A DNA stretch of 64,000 nt from Promethearchaeota archaeon (GTDB taxonomy: Archaea; Asgardarchaeota; Lokiarchaeia; Sigyniarchaeales; SOKP01), in assembly GCA_019057795.1 (NCBI GenBank), contig JAHLWS010000070.1:32001-96000 (forward strand), read 5' to 3'. The position numbers and the translations under genes are program-made. Positions 9,318 through 19,307 of the stretch are shown in pieces. Each line of letters begins with the position of its first letter. Within the stretch, counting starts at the first letter, position 1. The notes under the pieces were generated by a model. That model had not been told where the DNA came from. It worked only from the letters and a program-made list of their open reading frames with translations, and made no database searches.

Positions 9318-11552
9318 TTATGCAACCATTCGATCTTCTTTAGATTGTTCAATGATTCTACTTTTAAATTTTTCTCCAAACTTTTCATACCATTTAATTA
9401 CTTCGGGTAATATACTAGGATTTATTAATTCCGTTGCCTGCTTAAAATGCTCTTTCGTAATTTTTCTTGCTCTTATATTTTCTCTAAGAGCAATCATACC
9501 CGCCTCGCGACATAATGTCTCAATATCCGCACCAGAGAAACCATTTAATAGCTTATTTAAGACATCTAAGTCTATATTACTCGCAAGTGGCATATCTTTA
9601 GTAAATATTTTTAATATTTCAAGTCTACCTATTTCATCAGGCGGGGGTACAAGTAGCATCCTATCAATTCTTCCAGGGCGGATTAAGGCTGGGTCTAAAA
9701 TATCAGGGCGGTTGGTAGCTGCAATCACCACGATGTCTTTCTTAACTTCTAAACCATCTAATTCAGTTAAAAATTGTGATAGAACTTTTTCGGATACTCC
9801 CGAATCTGTAGTATGCCTACCTCTACTTGGAGCTATTGAATCAAATTCATCAAAAAAGATAATACATGGTGCCGCCATTTTTGCTTTTCGAAAAATTTCG
9901 CGAATTGCTTTTTCGCTTTCTCCTACGTATTTAGATAGCAATTCAGGTCCTTTAATAGAGATAAAATTAGCTTTACTTTCGTGTGCAACTGCTCTTGCCA
10001 AAAGCGTTTTTCCACACCCAGGTGCCCCATATAATAAGATTCCTCTAGGAGGATTTATTCCCATACGCTCAAAAATTTTAGGATGCGATAAAGGCCAATC
10101 TACAGCCTCTATTAGGCTCTGTTTTAATTCCTCTAATCCACCTATCTGATCCCAAGAGACATTTGGTATTTCAACGAATACTTCTCTTATTCCAGATGGC
10201 ATTACTTCCTTTAAAGCCTCCTCAAAATCAGCTTTAGTTACCTCTATTTGTTCAAGTAATTCAGGATCTATCGTATCAGAATCTAAATCAATCTTTGGTA
10301 AATACCTTCTAAGAGCTGCCATCGCAGCTTCTCTACACACTGCCATAATATCCGCACCAACGAATCCATGAGTAATGTTAGCATAATCTTTTAAAGATAT
10401 TTTTTTATCGAGAGGCATATTTCTTGTGTGAATTTGAAAAACTTCTCTTCTTCCTTTTTCATTTGGAACTTTTATCTCAATTTCGCGATCAAATCGGCCT
10501 GGACGCCTTAACGCGGGATCTAAACTATTAGGTCTATTTGTTGCACCAATAACGATAACTTTTCCTCTACTATGTAGCCCATCCATCAAGGCTAATAATT
10601 GAGCAACAACCCTTCGCTCTACTTCACCAGTTACAGTTTCTCTTTTTGGGGCAATTGCATCTATCTCATCAATAAATATTATTGATGGGCTCTTTTCTTC
10701 AGCTTCAATAAATATTTTCCGTAATTTTTTCTCTGATTCGCCATAAAATTTGCTCATAATTTCTGGACCGTTTATTGAAATAAAATAAGCTTCGCTTTCA
10801 TTAGCTACAGCTCTCGCTAACAAAGTTTTTCCGCAACCAGGAGGACCCCTTAGTAAAATTCCTTTTGGGGGATCAATACCTAGACGTTTAAATAAAGAGG
10901 GGTGTCTTAGTGGGAGTTCAACCATTTCTCTAACCCTTTGTATCTCGCGATCTAATCCACCAACAACTTCATAAGTAACATAATCAGCTCCCCTTTCTTC
11001 GTCTTCAGTAATATGTTCGCTAATATGTAGAGCTGTTTCGGGTTTGATCATACAAACTCCACTTGGTCTTATGCTTATAACTTTAAACGTAATCTCTCGA
11101 CTTATTCCTATTGAGATAAATATAAAATCATCGATCGTAACAGGATAATTATTTAATTTTCGTTTAACGAAAGTTTCAAATCTAGGATTGGACTTTATTT
11201 TTACACTTATTGGCGCTAAAACAATATTTTGAGCGGGGTGAGCGTTGACCTTCCGAATTTGGATTGTTTCATCTATACTTGCTCCCGTATTTTTTTTTAA
11301 TCTAGAATCGATGCGAATAATGCCTAATCCACTATCTTGGGGATAACTTGGCCAAGCGATTCCCGCACTTTCTTTCTTTCCAGAAAGAGCGATGACATCG
11401 CCAGTTTGAATATTTAACTTTTCCATAGTTTCTTGATCAATTCTAGCAATATTACGCCCAATATCTCTTTTTTTAGCTTCTTGCACCCGCAGTGCAACTA
11501 TTTGTGAATCTTTACTATTTGGTCCCTTTTTTTCGTTCTCTTTAGTTGACAT
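9318..11552 (-). CDS. cdc48: Cdc48/p97 (VAT) AAA+ ATPase
   Basis: N-domain plus two AAA modules ([14 protein letters not shown] and [14 protein letters not shown]), each with RPGR(F/I)DR. Confidence 0.97.
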   Translation of the reverse strand: MSTKENEKKGPNSKDSQIVALRVQEAKKRDIGRNIARIDQETMEKLNIQTGDVIALSGKKESAGIAWPSYPQDSGLGIIRIDSRLKKNTGASIDETIQIRKVNAHPAQNIVLAPISVKIKSNPRFETFVKRKLNNYPVTIDDFIFISIGISREITFKVISIRPSGVCMIKPETALHISEHITEDEERGADYVTYEVVGGLDREIQRVREMVELPLRHPSLFKRLGIDPPKGILLRGPPGCGKTLLARAVANESEAYFISINGPEIMSKFYGESEKKLRKIFIEAEEKSPSIIFIDEIDAIAPKRETVTGEVERRVVAQLLALMDGLHSRGKVIVIGATNRPNSLDPALRRPGRFDREIEIKVPNEKGRREVFQIHTRNMPLDKKISLKDYANITHGFVGADIMAVCREAAMAALRRYLPKIDLDSDTIDPELLEQIEVTKADFEEALKEVMPSGIREVFVEIPNVSWDQIGGLEELKQSLIEAVDWPLSHPKIFERMGINPPRGILLYGAPGCGKTLLARAVAHESKANFISIKGPELLSKYVGESEKAIREIFRKAKMAAPCIIFFDEFDSIAPSRGRHTTDSGVSEKVLSQFLTELDGLEVKKDIVVIAATNRPDILDPALIRPGRIDRMLLVPPPDEIGRLEILKIFTKDMPLASNIDLDVLNKLLNGFSGADIETLCREAGMIALRENIRARKITKEHFKQATELINPSILPEVIKWYEKFGEKFKSRIIEQSKEDRMVA

Positions 11553-11645
11553 TTTAGATCGAATAAACAAAGTATAATTTTTAATATATATGAAGTAATA
11601 ATTTTGTAAAAATTTTTCCTTTTTTGCTAACTTTTAGTTTTAATT

Positions 11646-12695
11646 TTATTTGAAGAAGCTGTCCAAAGACACCTGTCTTTTAGAAGAGTCTTGCTTTTTC
11701 AACCGTTCAATTGCGTTTTCAACCCTGATTTTTGAAAAATTGTGTTGCTCTATCAGTAATTCTTCAACTTTCTCGTAATTAATTTTTTCCCAGATTATCT
11801 TTGGATATTTTTTTTTTACATCTGGATATAAAAATATATCTTTTATTTGGTCAATTAATTCTTTTTCTAGTTGAATTTCTATGTTACCAACTTTTACATT
11901 ATTTTTTAAAATATTTTCTAACGAACCATATTTCTTGATTAGGTTATAAGCCTTATGTTGACCGATTCCCTTAATTCCAGGGAAAAAATCAGTTCCTATT
12001 AAAATCCCCATCTCTATCAACTGTTCTCGAGTAATATTTAAATTTTCAAGAAATTTAGATAATGAAATGTATTCTATATCTAAAGTGACTGTAGTATCTC
12101 TAACCTTTTTACTTCTGCTTATTGCGAAATTTCTAATTAACCTTTTTCCTCCAAATAATAATGTGTCATAATCCTGGGATGCACACGCCCAAGCATCACC
12201 AGCTTCAACTAGAAGGGCAGATTGAGCTTCGCCTTCAGAGCTCGCCTCTACAATTGGAATCCCCAGATATCTTAATAATTTTTTACTATCTTCAATCATG
12301 TTCGTATCTAATTTAGATGTCATCTGAGCGAATTTTTTTGCTTCTCTAAAATCTTCCTTCTCCTGAGCTTTTATCATTTTTTCCTTAGCATCTTCTTTAA
12401 TTCTCCTTCGTTCTTTTATTGTTTCTAATTTTAATTCAGAAGGAGTCCCATCAAACACATAAATTGGTTTGATATTATGCTCTAAAAAATTTATTGTTCG
12501 ATAAAATAATCCAGATAGATGAGAAGTCACATTACCATTATAATCTTTTAAAGGAGTGCCATCTCTTTGCCTAATAATTGCTAAAAATTGATAAATCGTG
12601 TTAAATGCATCAATGGCAATGCGTTTATTTAATAGGTTATCAAATGTAATAGTCCTTTTTACTTCTTTCACTAATTCATTTATTTTAGTACCCAT
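11646..12695 (-). CDS. fen: Flap endonuclease 1
   Basis: IDAFNTIYQFL, TSHLSGLFYRT, EGEAQ, SQDYD, GTDF, C-terminal PIP box QVSLDSFF. Confidence 0.97.
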   Translation of the reverse strand: MGTKINELVKEVKRTITFDNLLNKRIAIDAFNTIYQFLAIIRQRDGTPLKDYNGNVTSHLSGLFYRTINFLEHNIKPIYVFDGTPSELKLETIKERRRIKEDAKEKMIKAQEKEDFREAKKFAQMTSKLDTNMIEDSKKLLRYLGIPIVEASSEGEAQSALLVEAGDAWACASQDYDTLLFGGKRLIRNFAISRSKKVRDTTVTLDIEYISLSKFLENLNITREQLIEMGILIGTDFFPGIKGIGQHKAYNLIKKYGSLENILKNNVKVGNIEIQLEKELIDQIKDIFLYPDVKKKYPKIIWEKINYEKVEELLIEQHNFSKIRVENAIERLKKQDSSKRQVSLDSFFK

Positions 12696-12753
12696 GGTTT
12701 ATCTTTTTTATTTTTTCCAATATTTGTTTACATTTTTTCCTATATATTTTGCA

Positions 12754-13311
12754 CTATATTTTTTCCTTTTTTAGTGGTCGTCTTTTTAATTTAGATCCAC
12801 CACACATTTCACAAATTTTATTAAAATCTTTAGGTTTGAAAATTGTTTTACAATAGGGGCAATATATCTCAAAAAATATCTTTTCTTTTATACCCTCCTT
12901 AAACATAGGCATAAATTTTATCTTTAATTCACTACATAAATTTTCCATGGAATAATCATTTGTATAGAGAATAATCTCTTGGTTATATGTGTCCATCAAT
13001 TCTAAAGCTAATGCTATTAAATTCACATCAGCATTAGATAACGCATTTATATCTCCCGTTAGTTTAGATTTTGCGTTTACTATGTTAATGTAATTTTCAT
13101 TAGCTTTTTTTATAATTAATTTTCCTAGTTCAACTGCCACTTCTATCCTATGAATAATATTTCTATTCTTATCTTTATATCTTTTAACTTGAATCTCATC
13201 GATAATTTCTGGAGTGGTGAAAATTGTCTCCTTAAAAAAATTGAAATCGATACCTTTTAAAAAAATGTTAGTATCAAAAACTAGAATTGAACTCTTCTTC
13301 AGGACTGTCAT
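12754..13311 (-). CDS. nob1: Nob1-like PIN-domain endonuclease
   Basis: FDTN, LSNAD, TNDYSMEN, C-terminal CPYC...CEMCG zinc ribbon. Confidence 0.85.
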   Translation of the reverse strand: MTVLKKSSILVFDTNIFLKGIDFNFFKETIFTTPEIIDEIQVKRYKDKNRNIIHRIEVAVELGKLIIKKANENYINIVNAKSKLTGDINALSNADVNLIALALELMDTYNQEIILYTNDYSMENLCSELKIKFMPMFKEGIKEKIFFEIYCPYCKTIFKPKDFNKICEMCGGSKLKRRPLKKEKI

Positions 13312-14200
13312 CTCTCGGAACCTTTATAGTTCCAATAATTTTTTTCCTTAACCGTCTAATATAATTATCGCTTATGCTTCTGGAAAGACGGATAAATTTA
13401 GTATGGGAATTTGCTTTACGGACTTTGATAACTGTATTTGGTTGGATATTTTTAAAAGTTCTCTGGCCGTCAATTATAATTTTTGCACTTAGTCTTGGTC
13501 TTAGAAGTTGAATTTCAACTTCGCTATCAATAGGAAGCACTAGTGGTTTCAATCCTGATCTTGCAAAACTATTTAATGGGGTTATTTGCATAATATCCAT
13601 CGTAGGTTTTACGATAGCTCCTCCCGCACTTAGATTATACCCCGTAGAGCCTACTGAAGTTGAAATAATAATACCATCTAAATAACTTCGATTTAGAAAA
13701 CAACCATCTATTTTAACTGATGTTAATAATACTTTAGAGCTTTTTGATGAAATTATTAGAACTTCGTTCAATGCATTATTTAATTTAATTTCTTCAGAAG
13801 CTTTAATTACATATGGGGTTAATTTAGAGCATTTTTCAATTATATATTCGCCTTTTAATACACGATCTATGTCATTAAAAACGTTTCTTTCATTAGTTTC
13901 GTCTAGAAAGCCGATAGACCCAATATTTACGCCCAAAATGGGTGGAGCGTTGCGTTGTGATAGGCCACTTGCCACTCTCAGAATAGTTCCGTCTCCACCA
14001 ACGGATATGAGAAATTTAGTATTCTCTGCTGTCATCTCTTTAAGATCCATATCATTGTGAGGTAAGATTTTAGGTGCGATTCTGGTTTCCAATTGAACAA
14101 TTTCGCCTTTTTTCACTAAATAATCAAAAAGTCTCTTAGTTAAATTTATCGCTCTCTCAGAATCCATTCTGCAAGCTAATGAAACTGCCTTTTTTTCCAT
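13274..14200 (-). CDS. nadK: NAD(+) kinase
   Basis: GGDGT, GVNIGSIGFL, ALNE, DG..ISTSVGSTGYNLSAGG. Confidence 0.93.
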   Translation of the reverse strand: MEKKAVSLACRMDSERAINLTKRLFDYLVKKGEIVQLETRIAPKILPHNDMDLKEMTAENTKFLISVGGDGTILRVASGLSQRNAPPILGVNIGSIGFLDETNERNVFNDIDRVLKGEYIIEKCSKLTPYVIKASEEIKLNNALNEVLIISSKSSKVLLTSVKIDGCFLNRSYLDGIIISTSVGSTGYNLSAGGAIVKPTMDIMQITPLNSFARSGLKPLVLPIDSEVEIQLLRPRLSAKIIIDGQRTFKNIQPNTVIKVRKANSHTKFIRLSRSISDNYIRRLRKKIIGTIKVPRDDSPEEEFNSSF

Positions 14201-14313
14201 CGAACTCAGACTTCTTTTATATTTTTCTTTACTTTTATTGATAGATTACAAAAATGAATAAATTTTAAGAAAATAATATTCTAATTCTGCTCAAAAAAGA
14301 TTATAATAACATT

Positions 14314-14742
14314 CTAATTAATAATTACTCTATTTATTAACGTTTTTCCTGCAAGCTGCCAATATTCTACTTGTGCCATTGACATTTTTCCGGGATCGGC
14401 TTGTAAATCCTTTATCTTTGCTTTTAAATTTTCCTCGTCCGGCCAAGCAACATCCACTGATTCATAGGATTCAAGATCCATAATGTTAATTAATGTATCT
14501 TCAATAAAGTTAATCTGTGCAGCACCCTTGATTATCTCGGGAATAGAAACCATATGACCCGATGGTATAGTTAGAGATCTCTTGTTATTATCGAATACAC
14601 CAACACATACGACCCTAACTTTGGCGTGTCCATGTTTTCCTGACTTACTTCTTTCAGTAGCTTTTATAACGCACGGTTCATCATCAACCATAATGTATTG
14701 ACCAGTTTTAAGCTTTTGGACTTCTGTTCTTCTTATGCTCAT
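14314..14742 (-). CDS. eif5a: Translation factor aIF5A/eIF5A
   Basis: Hypusine loop KSGKHGHAK. Confidence 0.95.
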   Translation of the reverse strand: MSIRRTEVQKLKTGQYIMVDDEPCVIKATERSKSGKHGHAKVRVVCVGVFDNNKRSLTIPSGHMVSIPEIIKGAAQINFIEDTLINIMDLESYESVDVAWPDEENLKAKIKDLQADPGKMSMAQVEYWQLAGKTLINRVIIN

Positions 14743-14898
14743 AAATCATTTTCTCCTTTTTTTTTCAATATTAGGTTTATATGAAATATTTTTTATTTTC
14801 AAATTTCTTTTTTTATATAATATTATCATTATTTAAAAAAAAATATTAGTTTTTGTTAATATTATTTATTAAAACATAAAAGTAAAAATAGATTTGTT

Positions 14899-16275
14899 AT
14901 GGCGTTTAAGAAACTAGGGAAAGATCTAGAGAACATAATGCGAAAATTACGAGGTTTACCAAAGATTGATAAGAATGTAATTAACGCAATCATTCAAGAT
15001 TTGCAAAGAGCATTACTAAGTGCTGATGTTAAAGTTGAATTAGTTTTCCAGATGACTGAAAATATTAAAAAAGAGTCAATGAACACTGATCTTAAAAGAG
15101 CCAGAAGAAAAGATTTCATAATTAAACTTGTTCATGACGAATTGGTTAAAACTATCGGAGGGAAATCTGCTCCTATTAGAATAAAACCAGGGAAAAGTAA
15201 CATAATTTTACTTGTCGGAATTCAGGGATCAGGTAAAACTACTACTGTTGGTAAGTTAGCACGCTTTTATAATAATAAAGGGTATAAAGTAGCTACTGTC
15301 ACAACGGATACATGGCGTCCAGGGGCTTATGAGCAACTTGTTCAATTAACAGATCAAATAGGGGTGAAATGCTATGGAAATCCTAATGAAAAAAATGCAA
15401 TTAAACTTGCCGTAAGAGAAACTAAAAAAGCGATAAATGATGGACACAAGATAATTATTGTTGATACTGCTGGGCGCCATAAGGAAGAGAAAGAATTAAT
15501 GAAAGAGATGGAAAAAATTGAGAGCAATTTAAAGCCTAACGAAGTAATCCTCGTAATTGACGGAAGTATAGGTCAACAAGCTTATTCACAAGCAGAAGAA
15601 TTCGCAAAATCCACAAAAATTGGTAGTATAATAGTAACTAAATTAGATGGAACCGCTAAAGGGGGTGGTGCTCTTTCTGCTTGTGCTGCGACTAATCAAT
15701 CCATAAGATTTATTGGTGTTGGGGAAAAACTGGATGATTTTGAAGAATTCAATTCAAGTACTTTTGTAGGCACTTTATTAGGTATACCAGATATAGAAGG
15801 CTTAGTAAAAAAAGTTGAGGAAGCTGAAATTGAAGTGGATCCGGATATGGTTAAAAGAATGATGAAGGGTAAGTTTACTCTAGATGACCTTTATCTACAA
15901 TTAAAAAGCATAAAAAAGGTAGGTAAGATGAAAAATATTTTAGCCATGATTGGAGGAGGTAATATTCCTGACGCATTAACTGATGACGCTGAGAAGAATT
16001 TAGAAAAATGGCGTGTGGTTTTAGATTCTATGACTTCGGAAGAAAAGTTCGACCCAAAAATTATCAAAAAAACCAGAAAAAGAAGGATTGCTCTCGGAAG
16101 CGGTACAGATTATGCTACAATAAATCGAATGCTCGATCAATATAACCAAATGAAAAAGTTCTTCAAAAAAGCCTTACAAATGCAAAAGAAAGGTAAAGGA
16201 ATGCCAGGTATTCCAGGAATGGGAAAGCAAGGAGCACAATTTATGAATAAATTGGGAAAGGATTTTAAATTTTAA
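14899..16275 (+). CDS. srp54: Signal recognition particle protein SRP54
   Basis: GIQGSGKTTT, DTAGRH, TKLDGTAKGGG, Met-rich M domain. Confidence 0.97.
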   Translation: MAFKKLGKDLENIMRKLRGLPKIDKNVINAIIQDLQRALLSADVKVELVFQMTENIKKESMNTDLKRARRKDFIIKLVHDELVKTIGGKSAPIRIKPGKSNIILLVGIQGSGKTTTVGKLARFYNNKGYKVATVTTDTWRPGAYEQLVQLTDQIGVKCYGNPNEKNAIKLAVRETKKAINDGHKIIIVDTAGRHKEEKELMKEMEKIESNLKPNEVILVIDGSIGQQAYSQAEEFAKSTKIGSIIVTKLDGTAKGGGALSACAATNQSIRFIGVGEKLDDFEEFNSSTFVGTLLGIPDIEGLVKKVEEAEIEVDPDMVKRMMKGKFTLDDLYLQLKSIKKVGKMKNILAMIGGGNIPDALTDDAEKNLEKWRVVLDSMTSEEKFDPKIIKKTRKRRIALGSGTDYATINRMLDQYNQMKKFFKKALQMQKKGKGMPGIPGMGKQGAQFMNKLGKDFKF

Positions 16276-16288
16276 ATATAATTAGAAT

Positions 16289-16936
16289 TTGATAAATTTG
16301 GTTAATTTTCTAATACTAATTGAGAAATTCCCTAAATTTTCTAAAAGCGATATAGATGTAGGAAAAACTCCTATTTATGTGTATAATTTATGTTCTATAA
16401 TACGGGAATCATTTTGTTTATCTTATTCAATCAGAAAAAATAATAACTTATATCTATATTTTGAATCACTTCAACTTCTAATAAAATATGAGGGTAAAAA
16501 ATTGAGATTTCTAGGTTCTGATGAGAGATCTCAAGCATTACTTTTAAAAAGAGCATTAGCGAAAATAAATGGAGATGAAAAAGTAAAAACTCAAGAATGG
16601 GAAAAATCTACTCCGGGTATTTTTATTAAGAGATTACCAAATTCGGGTTCTATTTTAGAAAATATTAATAATATTCTTCATAACAAAATAGTATTTATTA
16701 CCGAATTTGAAAATAAGAATCTTTATCCTGATGTCATCAATTTAGATGATTTAGACGATATAAGCGAATATTGTTGTATTTTTCCTTATTCTCAGAATTC
16801 ACAGAGTTCATTGAGATTTTTACAAGTAATTAAAGAAAACTACAATTTAAAATACATTAATCTTTCAAACATTAAAGGGATTGAAAATAAAATCTTATAT
16901 ATTAATTTTCGAATTGACCAAAGTAAGAATTTTTAA
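16289..16936 (+). CDS. Divergent TrmY-like (tRNA pseudouridine54 N1-methyltransferase, SPOUT) protein
   Basis: SFCLSYSIR, LRFLGSDERS and WEKSTPGI match the TrmY N-terminal half; C-terminal SAM-knot motifs not recognisable. Confidence 0.55.
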   Translation: MINLVNFLILIEKFPKFSKSDIDVGKTPIYVYNLCSIIRESFCLSYSIRKNNNLYLYFESLQLLIKYEGKKLRFLGSDERSQALLLKRALAKINGDEKVKTQEWEKSTPGIFIKRLPNSGSILENINNILHNKIVFITEFENKNLYPDVINLDDLDDISEYCCIFPYSQNSQSSLRFLQVIKENYNLKYINLSNIKGIENKILYINFRIDQSKNF

Positions 16937-16951
16937 TAAGGAAATAGAAAA

Positions 16952-18355
16952 ATGATTTTAAAAAATGCGCTCATATATATTGATGGTTCACTTCGGAAGG
17001 GAGCCCTATTAATTCATAATGGAACGATTAAATCAGTTGTAAATGAAAAATCGAAGGAAGATTTAAAGAAAATTCGAAGTCATAACGAAGATGGAATAGA
17101 GATAGATTGCGGAAAGAGAATGGTTTTACCGGGTATTATTGATATTCACTCTCATTTAAGAGATATGGGGCAGAGCGAAAAAGAAACTTTTTTAACAGGA
17201 ACATTAGCAGCAGCTTTTTCTGGAATAACAACAGTATTTAATATGCCGAATACAATACCTCCTGCTATAAATGCTTATCAAGTTAAAAAATGGATGGAAA
17301 AAGCACAAAATAACATTTATGTGAATGTGGGGTTTATTGCTGGAGTTCCAAGAGAATTTAATTTCGATGAAGTTATTTCGATTATAGATTTAGGCGTTAT
17401 TGGATTCAAAATTTATCCGATAGGTTCATTAAATGAGATCGATTGGTTAAATTACTTAAATGTTCAAAAGATTCTTAATATTTCATCTAAATTACAAATT
17501 CCTATATTTATACATCCAGATTGGCCTCTTTCTTTTGAAGAAAAAAATGAAATTTACGAGAATTACACGCTGGAACAATTTCCAACCTTAGAATTGCATA
17601 ATAATCTTTACCCCGTTTCTATGGAAGCTAAATACGTGAATTTTGTTCTTGAAAATTATTATAAGATTATAGTAGATCTAGATTTAAGCCCGAAAGATTA
17701 TCCTATCGTCCATTTCTGTCATATAAGTTGCAAGAATAGTTATTCTCTAATACAAAATGCTTTAAAGATGAATAATAACTTAAAAATATCCTTCGAAATA
17801 ACACCACATCATTTATTTTTAACTAATAAAATAAAATTAAGCAATCCAAATTATGGTAAAGTCTTACCTCCTTTAAGAGATGAAGAACATTCCTTATATT
17901 TATTTAAGGAACTTAAAGAAGGGCATATAAGCCTTATAGGTACAGATCATGCACCGCACACATTGGAAGATAAAGGACAAGGATATCTTGATGCACCTTC
18001 AGGATTTCCCGGATTTGAAACATATCCGTTAACGCTATTAGACAAAGTTTGTAGATCTGAACTCTCTCTTGAAAGATTTGTTAAAATTACTTCAGAAAAC
18101 CCGGCAAAGATCTTTAACTTAAAGAATAAAGGATTTATCAAAGAGGGATATGATGCCGATTTAATTATAGTTGATAAAATTCCAGAATACCCTATTAAAT
18201 CAAAAAAATTCAAAACAAAAGCAAAATTTTCCCCCTACGAAGATTACAAAACCACTGTTAAGATTTGGAAAGTTTTTCTAAGAGGCAATGAGGTTAATAC
18301 CGAAAAATCTGAACCAATGGGTAAAATCATTAGAATGAAAAATATAAATGTATGA
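16952..18355 (+). CDS. pyrC: Dihydroorotase (amidohydrolase superfamily)
   Basis: PGIIDIHSHLRD, MPNT, HFCHIS, EITPHHL, GTDHAPH. Confidence 0.88.
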   Translation: MILKNALIYIDGSLRKGALLIHNGTIKSVVNEKSKEDLKKIRSHNEDGIEIDCGKRMVLPGIIDIHSHLRDMGQSEKETFLTGTLAAAFSGITTVFNMPNTIPPAINAYQVKKWMEKAQNNIYVNVGFIAGVPREFNFDEVISIIDLGVIGFKIYPIGSLNEIDWLNYLNVQKILNISSKLQIPIFIHPDWPLSFEEKNEIYENYTLEQFPTLELHNNLYPVSMEAKYVNFVLENYYKIIVDLDLSPKDYPIVHFCHISCKNSYSLIQNALKMNNNLKISFEITPHHLFLTNKIKLSNPNYGKVLPPLRDEEHSLYLFKELKEGHISLIGTDHAPHTLEDKGQGYLDAPSGFPGFETYPLTLLDKVCRSELSLERFVKITSENPAKIFNLKNKGFIKEGYDADLIIVDKIPEYPIKSKKFKTKAKFSPYEDYKTTVKIWKVFLRGNEVNTEKSEPMGKIIRMKNINV

Positions 18356-18399
18356 AGAATATAATTATATAATAATAATTCTGTCTTGAAGTGGAAATT

Positions 18400-19038
18400 A
18401 TGACTGATGAGAATTCTTTTACTTTAGAAGATGGTATATCATTAATAAGATTTGCTCGAGAAAATATTGAATTTTTTCTTAAAAACGATCGAAGGATACC
18501 CGTTCCAGATGACATTAAAAATAAATTTTCAGAGAAATATGGAGCATTTGTCACTTTAAATATAGTAAATGCGCCAAGCAACTCTTTACGAGGTTGTATA
18601 GGTTATATTGAACCAACTTATCCATTATATGATGTAATTCATAGAGTTTCAATTAGTTCAGCAATTGAGGATCCGCGTTTTCCATCTGTTTCACTCGAGG
18701 AAATGAACGATATTATTATAGAGCTTTCTATATTAACGCCTCCTAAATTAATCAAAGTAAATCATCCAAAAGAATATCTTGATAAAATTGTTATCGGGAG
18801 AGATGGACTTATAGCTGAAAAAGGTATGAGGAGAGGATTGCTTCTTCCTCAAGTACCAATTGATCATGGGAGAGAATGGGATGTAGAAACATTCTTAGGT
18901 CATACTTGCGTTAAAGCATGGCTCTCAAATGACGATTGGAAAGATAATAAAACAAAAATTTTTTCATTTCAAGCAATTCTTTTTGAAGAAAAAGAACCAA
19001 GGGGAGAAGTTGTTCGGAAATATCTTACTTCATCCTAA
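18400..19038 (+). CDS. AMMECR1-domain protein
   Basis: GAFVTL, LRGCIG, DPRF, GRDGL, GLLLPQV, CVKA. Confidence 0.93.
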   Translation: MTDENSFTLEDGISLIRFARENIEFFLKNDRRIPVPDDIKNKFSEKYGAFVTLNIVNAPSNSLRGCIGYIEPTYPLYDVIHRVSISSAIEDPRFPSVSLEEMNDIIIELSILTPPKLIKVNHPKEYLDKIVIGRDGLIAEKGMRRGLLLPQVPIDHGREWDVETFLGHTCVKAWLSNDDWKDNKTKIFSFQAILFEEKEPRGEVVRKYLTSS

Positions 19039-19307
19039 TTTTGCCATAATCCGTTATTAAATTCGTTTTTATGTATTTTTTAGTAATTTCATTATAAAAA
19101 AAATTTATTAACTTTATTAATCTGAAACTCATAATTAAAAATATATCATTTGATGTTACTTTAAGAGAAAAATTGTAAAATTACAGGGACTACAATTAAC
19201 TTTTAATACAGAGGGAATTGAGAAATTCAATATGATTATATACATTAAATCAGTATAAATTAAAAAATTTACAATTTCAAATTATTTTTCGAAATGAGGA
19301 TATCAGT

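Noticed and set aside
9352-10149. 265-aa plus-strand ORF
   Set aside because: Antisense shadow of cdc48 with no motifs. The same applies to the other short ORFs nested antisense within recognised genes.
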